64,000 bases of DNA from an uncultured Puniceicoccaceae bacterium (GCA_913044165.1 CAJWMY010000003.1:5979-69978), one strand, 5' to 3'; numbered from the stretch's first letter, positions 10,829 through 20,077 are shown. Made by a program: numbers and translations. The notes: generated from the sequence alone by a model not told the origin.

Positions 10829-10909
10829 CCGCCTTTTTGGGGGAGATTAGCAGTCAGAAACCTTCATTCAGACTTTTAGCCTAATCTTTCAAATAGAGGC
10901 GGTTTTTTT
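10829..10909 (+). terminator. long imperfect hairpin followed by a T7 run (intrinsic terminator or 3' end of a small RNA)
   Basis: CCGCCT (10829-10834) pairs with AGGCGG (10897-10902). Inner pairs are GAGATTAG/CTAATCT and GTC/GAC. TTTTTTT follows at 10903-10909. It lies about 110 nt downstream of the MazG-like stop. Confidence 0.4.
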
Positions 10910-10953
10910 GTGCTGATTATAAAACATATTAATTAACATTAGAAATTTGAATA

Positions 10954-11577
10954 TTACAGCTGTGAACTCTTTAAGTCGGTTGTTTTTTGAATCCATTGCG
11001 CAATTAATTTTCTCAATCTTATTGCTAAGGTTATTTCAGATTTTAGTGTTTTCAAAGATAGGGGATTTTTAAGTATCATCCTTGAGGTTTCTTTTTCTGC
11101 CTCGGGTATTGATTTCCACCATTCTCGGTCTACGGGGAAGCCTTCAATTCTTAAAAACGTATAGATGGCTTTAATGAGAATAATTTCAGGGGAGTAGTTA
11201 CTATTGAATGCATTCAAGGTTTTCTTTGTGAGTTGGTAAAGTTCATTTGGGTCAGGAACATGACTTACATTATCTAGAATAAAATGTGAAAAACAGCATG
11301 CATAATCAAGGCGTTTATACTCTCTGCCAATAGTGGTTCGTTTTTCAGTTGAGGTATAATTATTTAGGAATTTTTTTGCTTTATTTTTTGTTTCAAATAA
11401 GATTTCTGCAGTATCAAATATGTCGGGTTTATTCGTGTATCTATTTTTTGGGCTATAGCGAAGTAGACCGTAAGTTAATCCTTCATTAGGAGAAATATAA
11501 TCTAATTTTAAAAAATGTTCGCTAGTTTGAGCGATTCTTAAGATAGTAACTTCACCAGACTCATTTGCTAAATTCAT
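10954..11577 (-). CDS. hypothetical protein, tentatively RecO-like DNA repair protein
   Basis: 207 aa. The N-terminal beta-rich part followed by a helical part ('YACCFSHFILDNV...PDPNELYQLTKKTLNAF...IKAIYTFLRIEGFP') resembles RecO layout. This is a weak, motif-level judgement only. Confidence 0.4.
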   Translation of the reverse strand: MNLANESGEVTILRIAQTSEHFLKLDYISPNEGLTYGLLRYSPKNRYTNKPDIFDTAEILFETKNKAKKFLNNYTSTEKRTTIGREYKRLDYACCFSHFILDNVSHVPDPNELYQLTKKTLNAFNSNYSPEIILIKAIYTFLRIEGFPVDREWWKSIPEAEKETSRMILKNPLSLKTLKSEITLAIRLRKLIAQWIQKTTDLKSSQL

Positions 11578-11605
11578 TTTGAGTTAGTACTCGAGGAATT
11601 TACCA

Positions 11606-12271
11606 TTAATCATCAAGAGGATCATTCGAAGCTTTATTCTGTTCAAAGCTTGGGACAACCGCTCCACCTGATATAATCAGCTTCATCCCATCAGATATAC
11701 TCATTTGCATCGGAGTGACAGATTCCTTCGACAACATTAATAAGAAGCCACTAGTTGGGTTTGGTGTTGTCGGAACAAAGACATTAACAAGTTCTTCTCC
11801 AGTAATTGCCTGTATTTCTCCTTTAGCTTTATTGGTGAGAAAGCCTATGGCATAAATGCCTTTGCGTGGATATTCCAGCATTACGACTTCTTGAAAGACC
11901 GCTTTTTCTTGATGGGAGAATGTATCAACGATTTGTTTTACAGTATTGTAGATTGAGTTTATAAGGGGTACGCGGCTTAAGATTCCCTCGAAAGACTTAA
12001 AGAGAATCTGTCCAATAAATATACGCGATAAATAACCTAAAAGTGTAATTATAGTAACTACAATCAAAAGGGATAGAATCTGAAGTGGAATTTCTACGAT
12101 AGGGAATCCCCTTATATTTTCTTTGATAAAGCTAAAAAAAAGCTCGCTAGCGGGATTGCCGATTCGATCGAGCACAAATCCTACAGTAAAGACTGTAACT
12201 CCAATAGGTAGTAAAAACAGTAAGCCAGTAATGAAAGCAGTGCGTATAGAGCGAAACATAATTAGTGTCAA
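11606..12271 (-). CDS. DUF502 family membrane protein
   Basis: 221 aa. Two N-terminal TM helices and the signature 'VPTTPNPTSGFLL'. Confidence 0.8.
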   Translation of the reverse strand: MTLIMFRSIRTAFITGLLFLLPIGVTVFTVGFVLDRIGNPASELFFSFIKENIRGFPIVEIPLQILSLLIVVTIITLLGYLSRIFIGQILFKSFEGILSRVPLINSIYNTVKQIVDTFSHQEKAVFQEVVMLEYPRKGIYAIGFLTNKAKGEIQAITGEELVNVFVPTTPNPTSGFLLMLSKESVTPMQMSISDGMKLIISGGAVVPSFEQNKASNDPLDD

Positions 12272-12361
12272 AGTATCTATTTATCTTTTAGTAATTTTGA
12301 AGTATTCTACAACTGAAAACCGCCTGCTATTAGAATTTTGTTTATCTGTGATTAATTTAAT

Positions 12362-13162
12362 CTATTTTCGAAAAGGCGATTGTAAGCAAATTTGGCTGAA
12401 ATCTAGTAAGCTAATGCTTATGTTTCCACGTCTGAGAGCTGAACGATCTGTATCAGGATGCTTGCAAAGTTTTTCCCCATCAGAGTATTCAAAGCAATAA
12501 TTTCCATTAGGATTTTTTTTAAAAAGGCTACCTAGGTGGATTTTCTCAGGGCGCGTCCATTCGATTTTCGTTTTTGCTTCCATATTTTTAGGAAAATTTA
12601 CATTTAGTATCGAATTTTTCGTCAGATTTGATTTAATCTGAAGTTGCTGATAAGCTATTTCAGCTGCTTTTTGTGCTGAAGATTGGATTGTAGCATGGAA
12701 ATCGCCCGTGGTCAGACCTTTATTTCTATGGATTCCCTCATATAAATGTTTGGGTATTTCCTGGCTAAAGGCTATTGACGGGAATCCCCAAAGTGAGCCT
12801 TCGATTGCCCCAGCAATTGTTCCTGAGCTAAGAATTAGTATTTCTGTGGTATTGTAGCCAAGGTTTATTCCTGAAAGTATGATGTCTGGCGGACTTTCTA
12901 ACAGATGTCCAAGCGCAATATTGACGCAATCAGTGGGCGTTCCTGAAATACTCCATGCAGTAATATTATCGGGAAATAATGTCTCATTTTTATGTACTTT
13001 TATTGATTTATGCCTGCTAATAGCTCGGCCAATCCAACTTTGTTCTTTGCTTGGCGCGGCAACTTTAATTTCAAAGTTTGGAATAAGAGCTTCTACTAGT
13101 AGGTGTAAAAAAATAGAATCTATACCATCATCGTTTGTTACTAGCGCTTTGAATTTTTTCAT
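12362..13162 (-). CDS. surE: 5'/3'-nucleotidase SurE
   Basis: 266 aa. N-terminal 'ALVTNDDGIDS' and 'SGINLGYN'. Confidence 0.92.
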   Translation of the reverse strand: MKKFKALVTNDDGIDSIFLHLLVEALIPNFEIKVAAPSKEQSWIGRAISRHKSIKVHKNETLFPDNITAWSISGTPTDCVNIALGHLLESPPDIILSGINLGYNTTEILILSSGTIAGAIEGSLWGFPSIAFSQEIPKHLYEGIHRNKGLTTGDFHATIQSSAQKAAEIAYQQLQIKSNLTKNSILNVNFPKNMEAKTKIEWTRPEKIHLGSLFKKNPNGNYCFEYSDGEKLCKHPDTDRSALRRGNISISLLDFSQICLQSPFRK

Positions 13163-13204
13163 AAAATGTTAATTTACGATATGTTTATGCCTCTAAATTG
13201 CTTT

Positions 13205-13687
13205 TTACTCTATATATTCTGGCCGTAGTACTGATTTTGGAGCTTCTTCTATCTTTTCAAGGACATTTTTAGGTAGAGGTTTTGATTCTAATGAGCCATC
13301 ATCGGTTAATTCAGCGTAAATTGTGGTCAGATGTCCCTTTGCCACTGGTATTGAGGCTATTTCTGCGTCGTTTCCTAAAGTATCACTTTCTACTTTATAA
13401 AGTCTAAATTGGTAGTCTATAGCACGATCTTTGATTGTTTTGATGGCGAGATGAATTTTGACTGTATCGCCAAAGCGTAAAGGGGCAGAAAATTTGCATT
13501 CAGCACGACTTCTAGGGTAGCCCATTAAATCATAAGGTATTGATTGTATGAGCTTTACATCAATAGATTCAAAAAAATCTCGCTCTGCAATCTCCATGTA
13601 GCGAAAATAATTTGAAAAATGGACTAATCCAGCCATATCAGTTTCAGAAAATTCTACTTTTCTATATGAAATGTATTCGTATGCCAT
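13205..13687 (-). CDS. acyl-CoA thioesterase, 4HBT/YbgC-like hotdog fold
   Basis: 160 aa. '[31 protein letters not shown]' is typical of the 4HBT family. Confidence 0.8.
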   Translation of the reverse strand: MAYEYISYRKVEFSETDMAGLVHFSNYFRYMEIAERDFFESIDVKLIQSIPYDLMGYPRSRAECKFSAPLRFGDTVKIHLAIKTIKDRAIDYQFRLYKVESDTLGNDAEIASIPVAKGHLTTIYAELTDDGSLESKPLPKNVLEKIEEAPKSVLRPEYIE

Positions 13688-13998
13688 TATTAATTATGTG
13701 CCTTAATTTTAAGAAAATGCAAGAATAGCTAGTCGCAAATTTTTATTGGCAATATAATAGATTGGATTTTTTACTTGCAATATTAATAAAAATCAGCCTT
13801 ATCTAGTTTAGATTATGTTTACCAGTACATTCGCTAGCGCTTATTTCGGCGTGCTCACTTTATTCTTGGGCCCTGCACTCGTATTTTTTTCCACAAACTT
13901 TGTAAATCTTTCTAACACAAACCAATAGCAGTTGAAAGCTATTACAAATCTCACAAGATATTTCCAACCCTTTAAATTTAGTCTTTTAAGAATTTATT

Positions 13999-14010
13999 TC
14001 GCTATAGCGA
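13999..14010. promoter_or_regulatory. perfect 12-bp palindrome TCGCTATAGCGA, 26 nt upstream of the porin ATG (candidate operator)
   Basis: Read directly from the sequence. A related palindrome CGCTAGCG sits at 13833-13840 in the same gap. Confidence 0.2.
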
Positions 14011-14036
14011 TTTATTAAATAAAACAAACAAACACT

Positions 14037-14891
14037 ATGAATAAATTATTCAAATTACTAGCTGCTTTATTCGCAGCTTCTTCAATCACTTTTGCCGCTG
14101 TTGGTATTAGTGGTTTCGCTGACTTGTCATATGACGACGGTGATCAAAACATCGAATTAGACGAAATAGAGCTTCGTCTTTCCCTTGATGCTGAAGGACC
14201 AGTAACTGGTAACGCAAATCTATCTATGGGTGAAGCAGGTGATGTAACGCTTGAGCAAGCATATGTAGATTACGCTTTAACTAGCGGTGCTACTGTAACA
14301 GTTGGTCAATTCGAGTCAACTCTTGGATTTGATGCATATGATGCAGATGGTCTAATTGCAAATGGCGCTGGTTTATCTGTAACTGGTGATGTGTATGATC
14401 AAGGTGTACGTTATACAACTGGAAATCTAGCAGTAACAGTTGGTGAGTCTGTCAACTTAGCAGGCGATGATAACCTTGATGGTGACAATCACGTTGTTGA
14501 AGTATCTTACAGCAAAGCTGTAAATGATCAACTTAATGCTTTCGTAGGGTTCCGCTCTAATGAAGCAACTGGTAATGACATCTTCAATGCATATGTAACA
14601 TATGATGTTGGTGCACTTACTCTTATTGGTGAAGTTTTCCAAGATGACAACGATGACACAGACGGTAACCAAATCGCTGCTGTTTACGGTTATTCTGACA
14701 ATTCTTCTATTACAGTTCGTTCTGCTTCTACTGAAGATGTCAATGGAACAATTGATACAAACACAATAGCTCACGCTACTGCTCTTACAGATGACCTTGC
14801 ATTCATTATTGATGTAACAGAAACTGATGGAGATACAGTTCAAGGCCAAGGTGGTACTAACACTACTCTTGAGCTTCTTTACACTTTCTAA
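14037..14891 (+). CDS. outer-membrane porin-like beta-barrel protein
   Basis: 284 aa. Signal peptide MNKLFKLLAALFAASSITFA. Alternating D/G/T/N-rich strands. 'LEQAYVDYAL...VTVGQFESTLGFD' is a porin-like motif. C-terminal 'LELLYTF' ends in Phe. A strong terminator follows. Confidence 0.7.
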   Translation: MNKLFKLLAALFAASSITFAAVGISGFADLSYDDGDQNIELDEIELRLSLDAEGPVTGNANLSMGEAGDVTLEQAYVDYALTSGATVTVGQFESTLGFDAYDADGLIANGAGLSVTGDVYDQGVRYTTGNLAVTVGESVNLAGDDNLDGDNHVVEVSYSKAVNDQLNAFVGFRSNEATGNDIFNAYVTYDVGALTLIGEVFQDDNDDTDGNQIAAVYGYSDNSSITVRSASTEDVNGTIDTNTIAHATALTDDLAFIIDVTETDGDTVQGQGGTNTTLELLYTF

Positions 14892-14921
14892 TTCAGTAAT
14901 CTGAATTATTAAATTTTAAAT

Positions 14922-14950
14922 CCTCTGGCCTTTGCCAGGGGATTTTTTTT
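14922..14950 (+). terminator. rho-independent terminator after the porin gene
   Basis: CCTCTGGC (14922-14929), loop CTTT, GCCAGGGG (14934-14941), then ATTTTTTTT. Confidence 0.8.
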
Positions 14951-14954
14951 GTTT

Positions 14955-14963
14955 TGATATAAT
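14955..14963 (+). promoter_or_regulatory. candidate extended -10 promoter element (TGaTATAAT) for argG
   Basis: TG at 14955-14956 and TATAAT at 14958-14963, about 60 nt upstream of the argG ATG. Confidence 0.3.
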
Positions 14964-15022
14964 CTGCCTTGCAAGATATCAACAAATTGACATTCATTTT
15001 ACAAATTAAGAAAATTAGATTA

Positions 15023-16252
15023 ATGAAAATAGTTTTAGCATATTCAGGAGGTCTTGACACCTCGGTACTAGTCAGTTGGTTGAAAGAGCATTATTCCGCT
15101 GAGATAATAACATTTGCAGCTGATGTTGGTCAGGAAGAAGAGTTAGATGGACTGGAGGCTAAAGCTATAGCAACGGGTGCTTCTAAACATTACACATTAG
15201 ACTTAGTGGATGAGTTTGCTTCAGATTTTATTTTTCCCATGATGCGAGCAAACGCACTTTACGAGGGTCAATATCTTTTAGGCACATCTATTGCACGCCC
15301 TTTGATAGCTAAGTCACATGTTGAAATTGCTGAGAAAGAAGGTGCTGACGCAGTGGCCCATGGTGCTACAGGTAAGGGTAATGATCAAGTGCGTTTTGAG
15401 TTAGGCTATGCTGCTTTAGCGCCTGATTTAAAGATAATTTCACCTTGGAGGATGGGAATTTTTCGGGAAACCTTTCCGGGACGCACCGAAATGATTGACT
15501 ATTGTAAAGCGCACAAAATTGACGTTGAAGCTAGTGCGTCAAAGCCTTATTCTATGGACAGAAATTTACTTCATATCTCATATGAGGCAGGTATCCTTGA
15601 GGATCCTTGGTTTGATCCTACAGTAGCTTCTAATAAAGCTATGTATAAACTGACAGTTGATCCAGAAGATGCCCCTGATATTTCTGAGTATATTGAATTA
15701 GATTTTGTTGAGGGGGATTGCGTTAAAGTTAATGGCACTTCAATGGACCCTTCCGGGGTTATTAAAACTTTAAATGTGATAGCTGGAAAGCATGGGGTAG
15801 GCCGAGTTGATATTGTAGAAAATCGTTTTGTTGGCATGAAAAGTCGTGGTGTTTATGAGACGCCAGGGGGCACTATTTTATTACAAGCTCACCGAAATAT
15901 GGAATCCATAACTATGGACAGAGATTTAATGCATTTAAGGGATAGTTTGATTCCTAAATATGCACAATTAATCTACAATGGATTTTGGTATACTCCTGAG
16001 AGAGAGGCCCTACAGGCTTTAATTGATGAGTCACAAAGATCTGTTACGGGAACGGTCAGATTGAAGCTCTATAAGGGCACAGTAACTACAGTAGGGCGAA
16101 AATCTCCTTTTTCATTGTACGACGAGGCAATTGCATCGATGGAAGGAGTTGTTAGTGACTATGATCCTGATGATGCAAGTGGATTTATACGCCTCAATGC
16201 TTTGCGATTGCGAAAAAGGTCACAAATACTCGGCAAGTCAAAAGATGATTAG
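15023..16252 (+). CDS. argG: argininosuccinate synthase
   Basis: '[14 protein letters not shown]' (ATP PPase motif) and '[13 protein letters not shown]'. I prefer the ATG at 15023 over the track's TTG at 14969, because conserved homology begins at [10 protein letters not shown]. Confidence 0.95.
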   Translation: MKIVLAYSGGLDTSVLVSWLKEHYSAEIITFAADVGQEEELDGLEAKAIATGASKHYTLDLVDEFASDFIFPMMRANALYEGQYLLGTSIARPLIAKSHVEIAEKEGADAVAHGATGKGNDQVRFELGYAALAPDLKIISPWRMGIFRETFPGRTEMIDYCKAHKIDVEASASKPYSMDRNLLHISYEAGILEDPWFDPTVASNKAMYKLTVDPEDAPDISEYIELDFVEGDCVKVNGTSMDPSGVIKTLNVIAGKHGVGRVDIVENRFVGMKSRGVYETPGGTILLQAHRNMESITMDRDLMHLRDSLIPKYAQLIYNGFWYTPEREALQALIDESQRSVTGTVRLKLYKGTVTTVGRKSPFSLYDEAIASMEGVVSDYDPDDASGFIRLNALRLRKRSQILGKSKDD

Positions 16253-16330
16253 GAAAAATCTTCAATCTTTTTAATCGATCGGAAGTCTTTCTCATAAGGA
16301 ATATCCAAAGTCTCGCATTTGCTTATTATT

Positions 16331-17659
16331 TTAGATAGAAAGGGTTTTGCTTACTTCAAAAACACTAGTTACGATACCGATAGCAATCAACGTTACTAGG
16401 CCAAAAGCAAAGCCTAGAGCGCATGAAGAAACAATTGTAGTGAGGCGATTTAACCGCTTACTAAGTTCTTCTTTAAATCCTTCGGTTACATCATGCATAC
16501 TTTTAGTAAGTTCTCCAGTATCTTCACCAACACTTAATATATCAAGTGCTATATCAGGCATTAAGTTCTGTCTTCGAAAAGCTTGGGTAATTGATGCACC
16601 TTCATTGATTTGAATCTTTGCGGTAACAAATTTATGCCTTAATGCTGCATTTTCTATTGTTTTCTCCGTAAGCTTAAGAGTTTCGGTTGTATTAATTCCA
16701 CTTTGTAATAATGTAGAAATTAAATTCCCAGTTTGGTAGAGATTAGAATAATAGAGTATTTTACCAATTAAAGGTATTTTTAAGCTCCAATTGTCGATAA
16801 TTTTTTTTCCTAGTTGGGTTTTCTTCCAATTAGCCAAGCTTACAATAGTCACTATTGCGCTGATTATTAAAAAAGGGCCTATTTGCAAAAGGATACTGGA
16901 TCCATCAATTAATAAACGTGCACTCCAAGTCATTTCACCGCCGAGCCTTTCTAGCATATCTTCAATTTGTGGAAGGAGTACCGTTAAAAACAAGACTACA
17001 ACTAAAATTGCTACCAGACTTACAAAGGCAGGGTAGGTCATGCTGGTGACCATTTTATTTCTAATCATTCGCTTCTCTTCTAAGTATTGTATGACTTTAG
17101 TGAGTACTGGGGTTAGATTTCCGGTTGCCTCACCAGCTTGAATTACATGGCTAACAGATGGATTGAAATAATTTCTTCTTTTTTCTAATGCTTTTGCCAA
17201 AGTAATTCCTTCGCTCAAATCACGCCATATTCCAATAGCCAATCCTTTTTGGTCCCTGTCGCTGAGGCGGTTTTGTAAAATACGTATGGCATCACCAATG
17301 GGCATACCAGATTTGTGAAGTTCATAAAGCCTTTTAAGCAAATTTAAACCAATGCCTTCTCCTTTATTAGTAGTTCGATTTTTTAGAAAATAAGCATTAT
17401 TGGAATTAGTGTCAAAATTTGAGATGGTCGAATTGTCTAATTTTTTATTATTCCTATTTAATTTAAGGAAAGCTATTTTATCCCATATCCTAGACTTCGC
17501 ATTCGAAGCCTCTTCATTTTTAAGACTACTTTGGAGTTGGACTGGAATGATTCCATTTCTTTTAAGTTGTGATAGAGCTTGCTTTCGGTCGGAGCTATTA
17601 ATTTGACCCGTGCATAAACGACCTTCATTATTTCTGAATCTATAGCTAAAGGATTGCAT
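16331..17659 (-). CDS. type II secretion / type IV pilus platform protein (GspF/PilC family)
   Basis: 442 aa. N-terminal 'GIIPVQLQ'. Two GspF repeats with 'IQAGEATGNL' and 'LSVGEDTGEL'. Three TM segments. No GspE/PilB ATPase gene is adjacent. Confidence 0.85.
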   Translation of the reverse strand: MQSFSYRFRNNEGRLCTGQINSSDRKQALSQLKRNGIIPVQLQSSLKNEEASNAKSRIWDKIAFLKLNRNNKKLDNSTISNFDTNSNNAYFLKNRTTNKGEGIGLNLLKRLYELHKSGMPIGDAIRILQNRLSDRDQKGLAIGIWRDLSEGITLAKALEKRRNYFNPSVSHVIQAGEATGNLTPVLTKVIQYLEEKRMIRNKMVTSMTYPAFVSLVAILVVVLFLTVLLPQIEDMLERLGGEMTWSARLLIDGSSILLQIGPFLIISAIVTIVSLANWKKTQLGKKIIDNWSLKIPLIGKILYYSNLYQTGNLISTLLQSGINTTETLKLTEKTIENAALRHKFVTAKIQINEGASITQAFRRQNLMPDIALDILSVGEDTGELTKSMHDVTEGFKEELSKRLNRLTTIVSSCALGFAFGLVTLIAIGIVTSVFEVSKTLSI

Positions 17660-17861
17660 GATATATAATATTTTATTGAGAATAAAATGTGTTTTACAAC
17701 AGTATTTTATAATTTAAGGTAAAGGTTGTTTAATATTTTCATTTACACTTACACAAGAGCTTAAAACAAGACTTATACTATACTACTAAAATGGATTATT
17801 AATAGACTAAAAGCATTTTAGTATTAAGCTTTCGGCTTATAACTATTAAAAAGTTTATAGT

Positions 17862-18755
17862 ATGCACGCAGCTAAATCATCCATTAACCGATCTATTAAT
17901 CTAATTCTAATTTATCGAATTTGGTTTGTTTCAGTATTTTTTGGACTGCATACACTAGTTTTAGCAGGAGAAAAAAGCTTGAATGCGGAACTTTGCAGGG
18001 AGGTTAGGTTAGATTTAGAAAAGCAATCTATTTATACTTTGCTACCTGATGGTTCTGAATTAACTAATAAACTTAGAAATGAGCCAATGCCCGAATTAAA
18101 AGGTTCAATTTTAGGGCAAATCTTATCCCGTTTTTATAAAGAGAGTACCGGAGGCTTAGAGAATTGGAAAGATGTTAATAGCGTAGCAATGAGCTCAAAA
18201 TATAAAAATGCAGAAGGGGAGTTTAAACACCGTATAATTGCAAAGAAGCCAGATTTCATAAAAGTTTCTATATATATGAGTAATGGCGTTTACTTAAAGT
18301 CTTTTGACGGCAACCATGGTTGGGAAAAATTTCCTACTGAGCAGAAAGCTAAATTAATTAGAGATGAACAAAGTTTGCGCAGATTAGCTAATGATTCTAG
18401 ATTTATGAATCATTTACTTTATCCATTTAAAAAGGGTAAAGCTTATGAATATATGGGGATAGTCCGAGAATCTGATTCTGTCTGCCACAAAATTCGAGTA
18501 CATACTGAGAAGCACTTTATAATGGACTATTTTATAGATGTGGAAACCTATTTAGAGGTTAAAGTAGTTCAAACCGACAGCATGGGCTACTTTGATAGAG
18601 TTGAGCTTAATATTTCAGGCCATAAAATTATCGAGGGAATGCCGTTTCCTATTAAAGTTGAAACTTATATCAATGGATCTTGGAATTCAGAGTTGATTAT
18701 GGAAAAAATAGAAACAAATGTGGGTCTTGTAAATTGGATGTTCCAGCTTAATTAA
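17862..18755 (+). CDS. hypothetical exported protein (possibly LolA-like lipoprotein-sorting fold)
   Basis: 297 aa. N-terminal TM/signal 'IWFVSVFFGLHTLVLA'. Beta-rich remainder. The fold suggestion is a guess from composition only. Confidence 0.5.
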   Translation: MHAAKSSINRSINLILIYRIWFVSVFFGLHTLVLAGEKSLNAELCREVRLDLEKQSIYTLLPDGSELTNKLRNEPMPELKGSILGQILSRFYKESTGGLENWKDVNSVAMSSKYKNAEGEFKHRIIAKKPDFIKVSIYMSNGVYLKSFDGNHGWEKFPTEQKAKLIRDEQSLRRLANDSRFMNHLLYPFKKGKAYEYMGIVRESDSVCHKIRVHTEKHFIMDYFIDVETYLEVKVVQTDSMGYFDRVELNISGHKIIEGMPFPIKVETYINGSWNSELIMEKIETNVGLVNWMFQLN

Positions 18756-18941
18756 TGCCTATTAAATAGTAAAAAGCATAAGGCATCATCCTATAGTTTT
18801 TTATAAATTAAGTAATATTTTATTCCTTGGTAAATTCTATTAAAAATGAGGCATCAAGCTGTCTTTTTCTTTGACTTACCCCCCTTATCTAAGGAATATT
18901 ATATCTATAAATAGTAATAGTTTTTATTAAGAATTAAATAT

Positions 18942-18970
18942 TTGACAATATGGCTATTTACCATGACAAT
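18942..18970 (+). promoter_or_regulatory. candidate sigma70-type promoter for the 19003-20629 operon
   Basis: TTGACA (18942-18947), 17-nt spacer, GACAAT (18965-18970). The ATG is at 19003. Confidence 0.3.
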
Positions 18971-19002
18971 TCAATATTACCCTCAAATCATTATATCTAA
19001 AT

Positions 19003-20043
19003 ATGAAAATCAATATGTTAAAACTTTTAGGATGCGCAGCATTTGTTTGCTGTTTTGCATTAGTTACTCAAGCACAGTCAGTGAGCTCTACCCCAGTTGG
19101 ATATGTCACTCTTACCATTAATGGTAGCGGATATACTGCGCTTTCGAATCCATTAGAGAATGCAGTTGTTTATTCCGGAACTGCTTCTTCGGTAAGCGGT
19201 TCAGACATCACAACATCTTTTTCTATGACTGACAGTGAGCTTTCAGCTACTGACGCTGAAGGTAATAGCTCTCATTACATTCAAACATCATCTGGTTTGA
19301 TAGTAGAAGTTACTGCAAATAGTACTTCTGCGATTACTTTAGCATCAGATGTTTCTTCTTTGATTTCTGATGGCGACACAATACTTGTTAAGAAATTTTC
19401 AACTATAGCCGACCTATTATCTAGCGATAATAGTATTGGATTAACTTCAGGTGCGGATTTAACAACTTCAGATGTTGTATACATTATGTCAGCTGATGGT
19501 GCTGGTGCATACGCTACTTACTATTATCAAACAGACCCATTTGGCGGTTTCTTTGGAGGTAATGGATGGCGTGGAGCTGGTAGTAACTCTACAGATGTAT
19601 CAAACGTAATTTTGCATCCTGACGATGGTATTATTGTTAAAAGAATAAGTGCTGGAGATATTAGTTTTGTTACAACAGGTACTGTAAACACCGTTAATCA
19701 TAGCAGAAGCCTTCCAGCTGGATTTTCATTGGTTGCATACCCATTCCCTACAGATACTACTTTGGCAGACAGCGGAATTTACTCAGCTAGTAACGGATAT
19801 GTTTCGGGTGCTGATGTAACTACTTCAGATGTTGTTTATGTCATTTCTCCTGCAGGAGCATTTGATCTTTACTATTACCAAACAGATCCATTTGGTGGAT
19901 TCTTCGGAGGTAACGGATGGCGTTCAACTACTAGTAATTCAGTGGATGTTGGCACTAATGTTATACCAGCAGGTAGTTCCATCATCATTAAACATATTGG
20001 TACTGGCTTAGCTTGGTCAGATGATATCCCTTACTCACTTTAA
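19003..20043 (+). CDS. secreted protein built from three tandem modules (two near-identical, one degenerate); unknown function
   Basis: 346 aa. Signal peptide MKINMLKLLGCAAFVCCFALVTQAQS. Repeated 'SGAD(L/V)TTSDVVY...YYYQTDPFGGFFGGNGWR...' starts at aa 149 and aa 268. A degenerate copy 'SGSDITTS...' starts at aa 65. Confidence 0.75.
   Translation: MKINMLKLLGCAAFVCCFALVTQAQSVSSTPVGYVTLTINGSGYTALSNPLENAVVYSGTASSVSGSDITTSFSMTDSELSATDAEGNSSHYIQTSSGLIVEVTANSTSAITLASDVSSLISDGDTILVKKFSTIADLLSSDNSIGLTSGADLTTSDVVYIMSADGAGAYATYYYQTDPFGGFFGGNGWRGAGSNSTDVSNVILHPDDGIIVKRISAGDISFVTTGTVNTVNHSRSLPAGFSLVAYPFPTDTTLADSGIYSASNGYVSGADVTTSDVVYVISPAGAFDLYYYQTDPFGGFFGGNGWRSTTSNSVDVGTNVIPAGSSIIIKHIGTGLAWSDDIPYSL
19447..19998 (+). 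repeat. intragenic tandem duplication with a period of 357 nt (119 aa)
   Basis: ACTTCAGATGTTGT at 19465 recurs at 19822. CAAACAGA(C/T)CCATTTGG(C/T)GG and GGATGGCG recur at the same offset. Confidence 0.85.
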
Positions 20044-20077
20044 TTTATATCTAATATATTAATATAAAAAACTAACT

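Noticed and set aside
14457-14849. 130-aa minus-strand ORF inside the porin gene. Similar antisense or shadow ORFs in the track are 4614-4826, 5226-5513, 5871-6065, 6245-6427, 7408-7644, 12123-12500, 12879-13172, 15571-15837, 16347-17606 (three), 19281-19484, 19829-20011, 20281-20499, 21330-21886, 22205-22555, 23206-23406, 24856-25068, 26490-26690, 29475-29973, 32357-32608, 35285-35467, 36200-36505, 39376-39585, 40393-40896, 42269-42457, 43295-43762, 45044-45349, 45893-46204, 47123-47380, 48849-49154, 51801-52025, 55254-55472, 57965-58162, 61897-62217, 62361-62793 and 63255-63542.
   Set aside because: All of them lie within, or largely overlap, genes with strong family signatures on the other strand or frame. 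Their translations are low-complexity with no motifs. This is typical of shadow ORFs in AT-rich DNA.
14969-15022. N-terminally extended ORF-track models: argG from 14969, nuoM from 31575, argS to 39975, efp to 42085, serA from 42159, nuoF from 58174, nuoH from 61268 and folA to 63502.
   Set aside because: In each case, conserved family sequence begins at a downstream ATG (15023, 31626, 39894, 42052, 42186, 58192, 61283, 63451). The extension is non-conserved-looking and/or overlaps the neighbouring gene.
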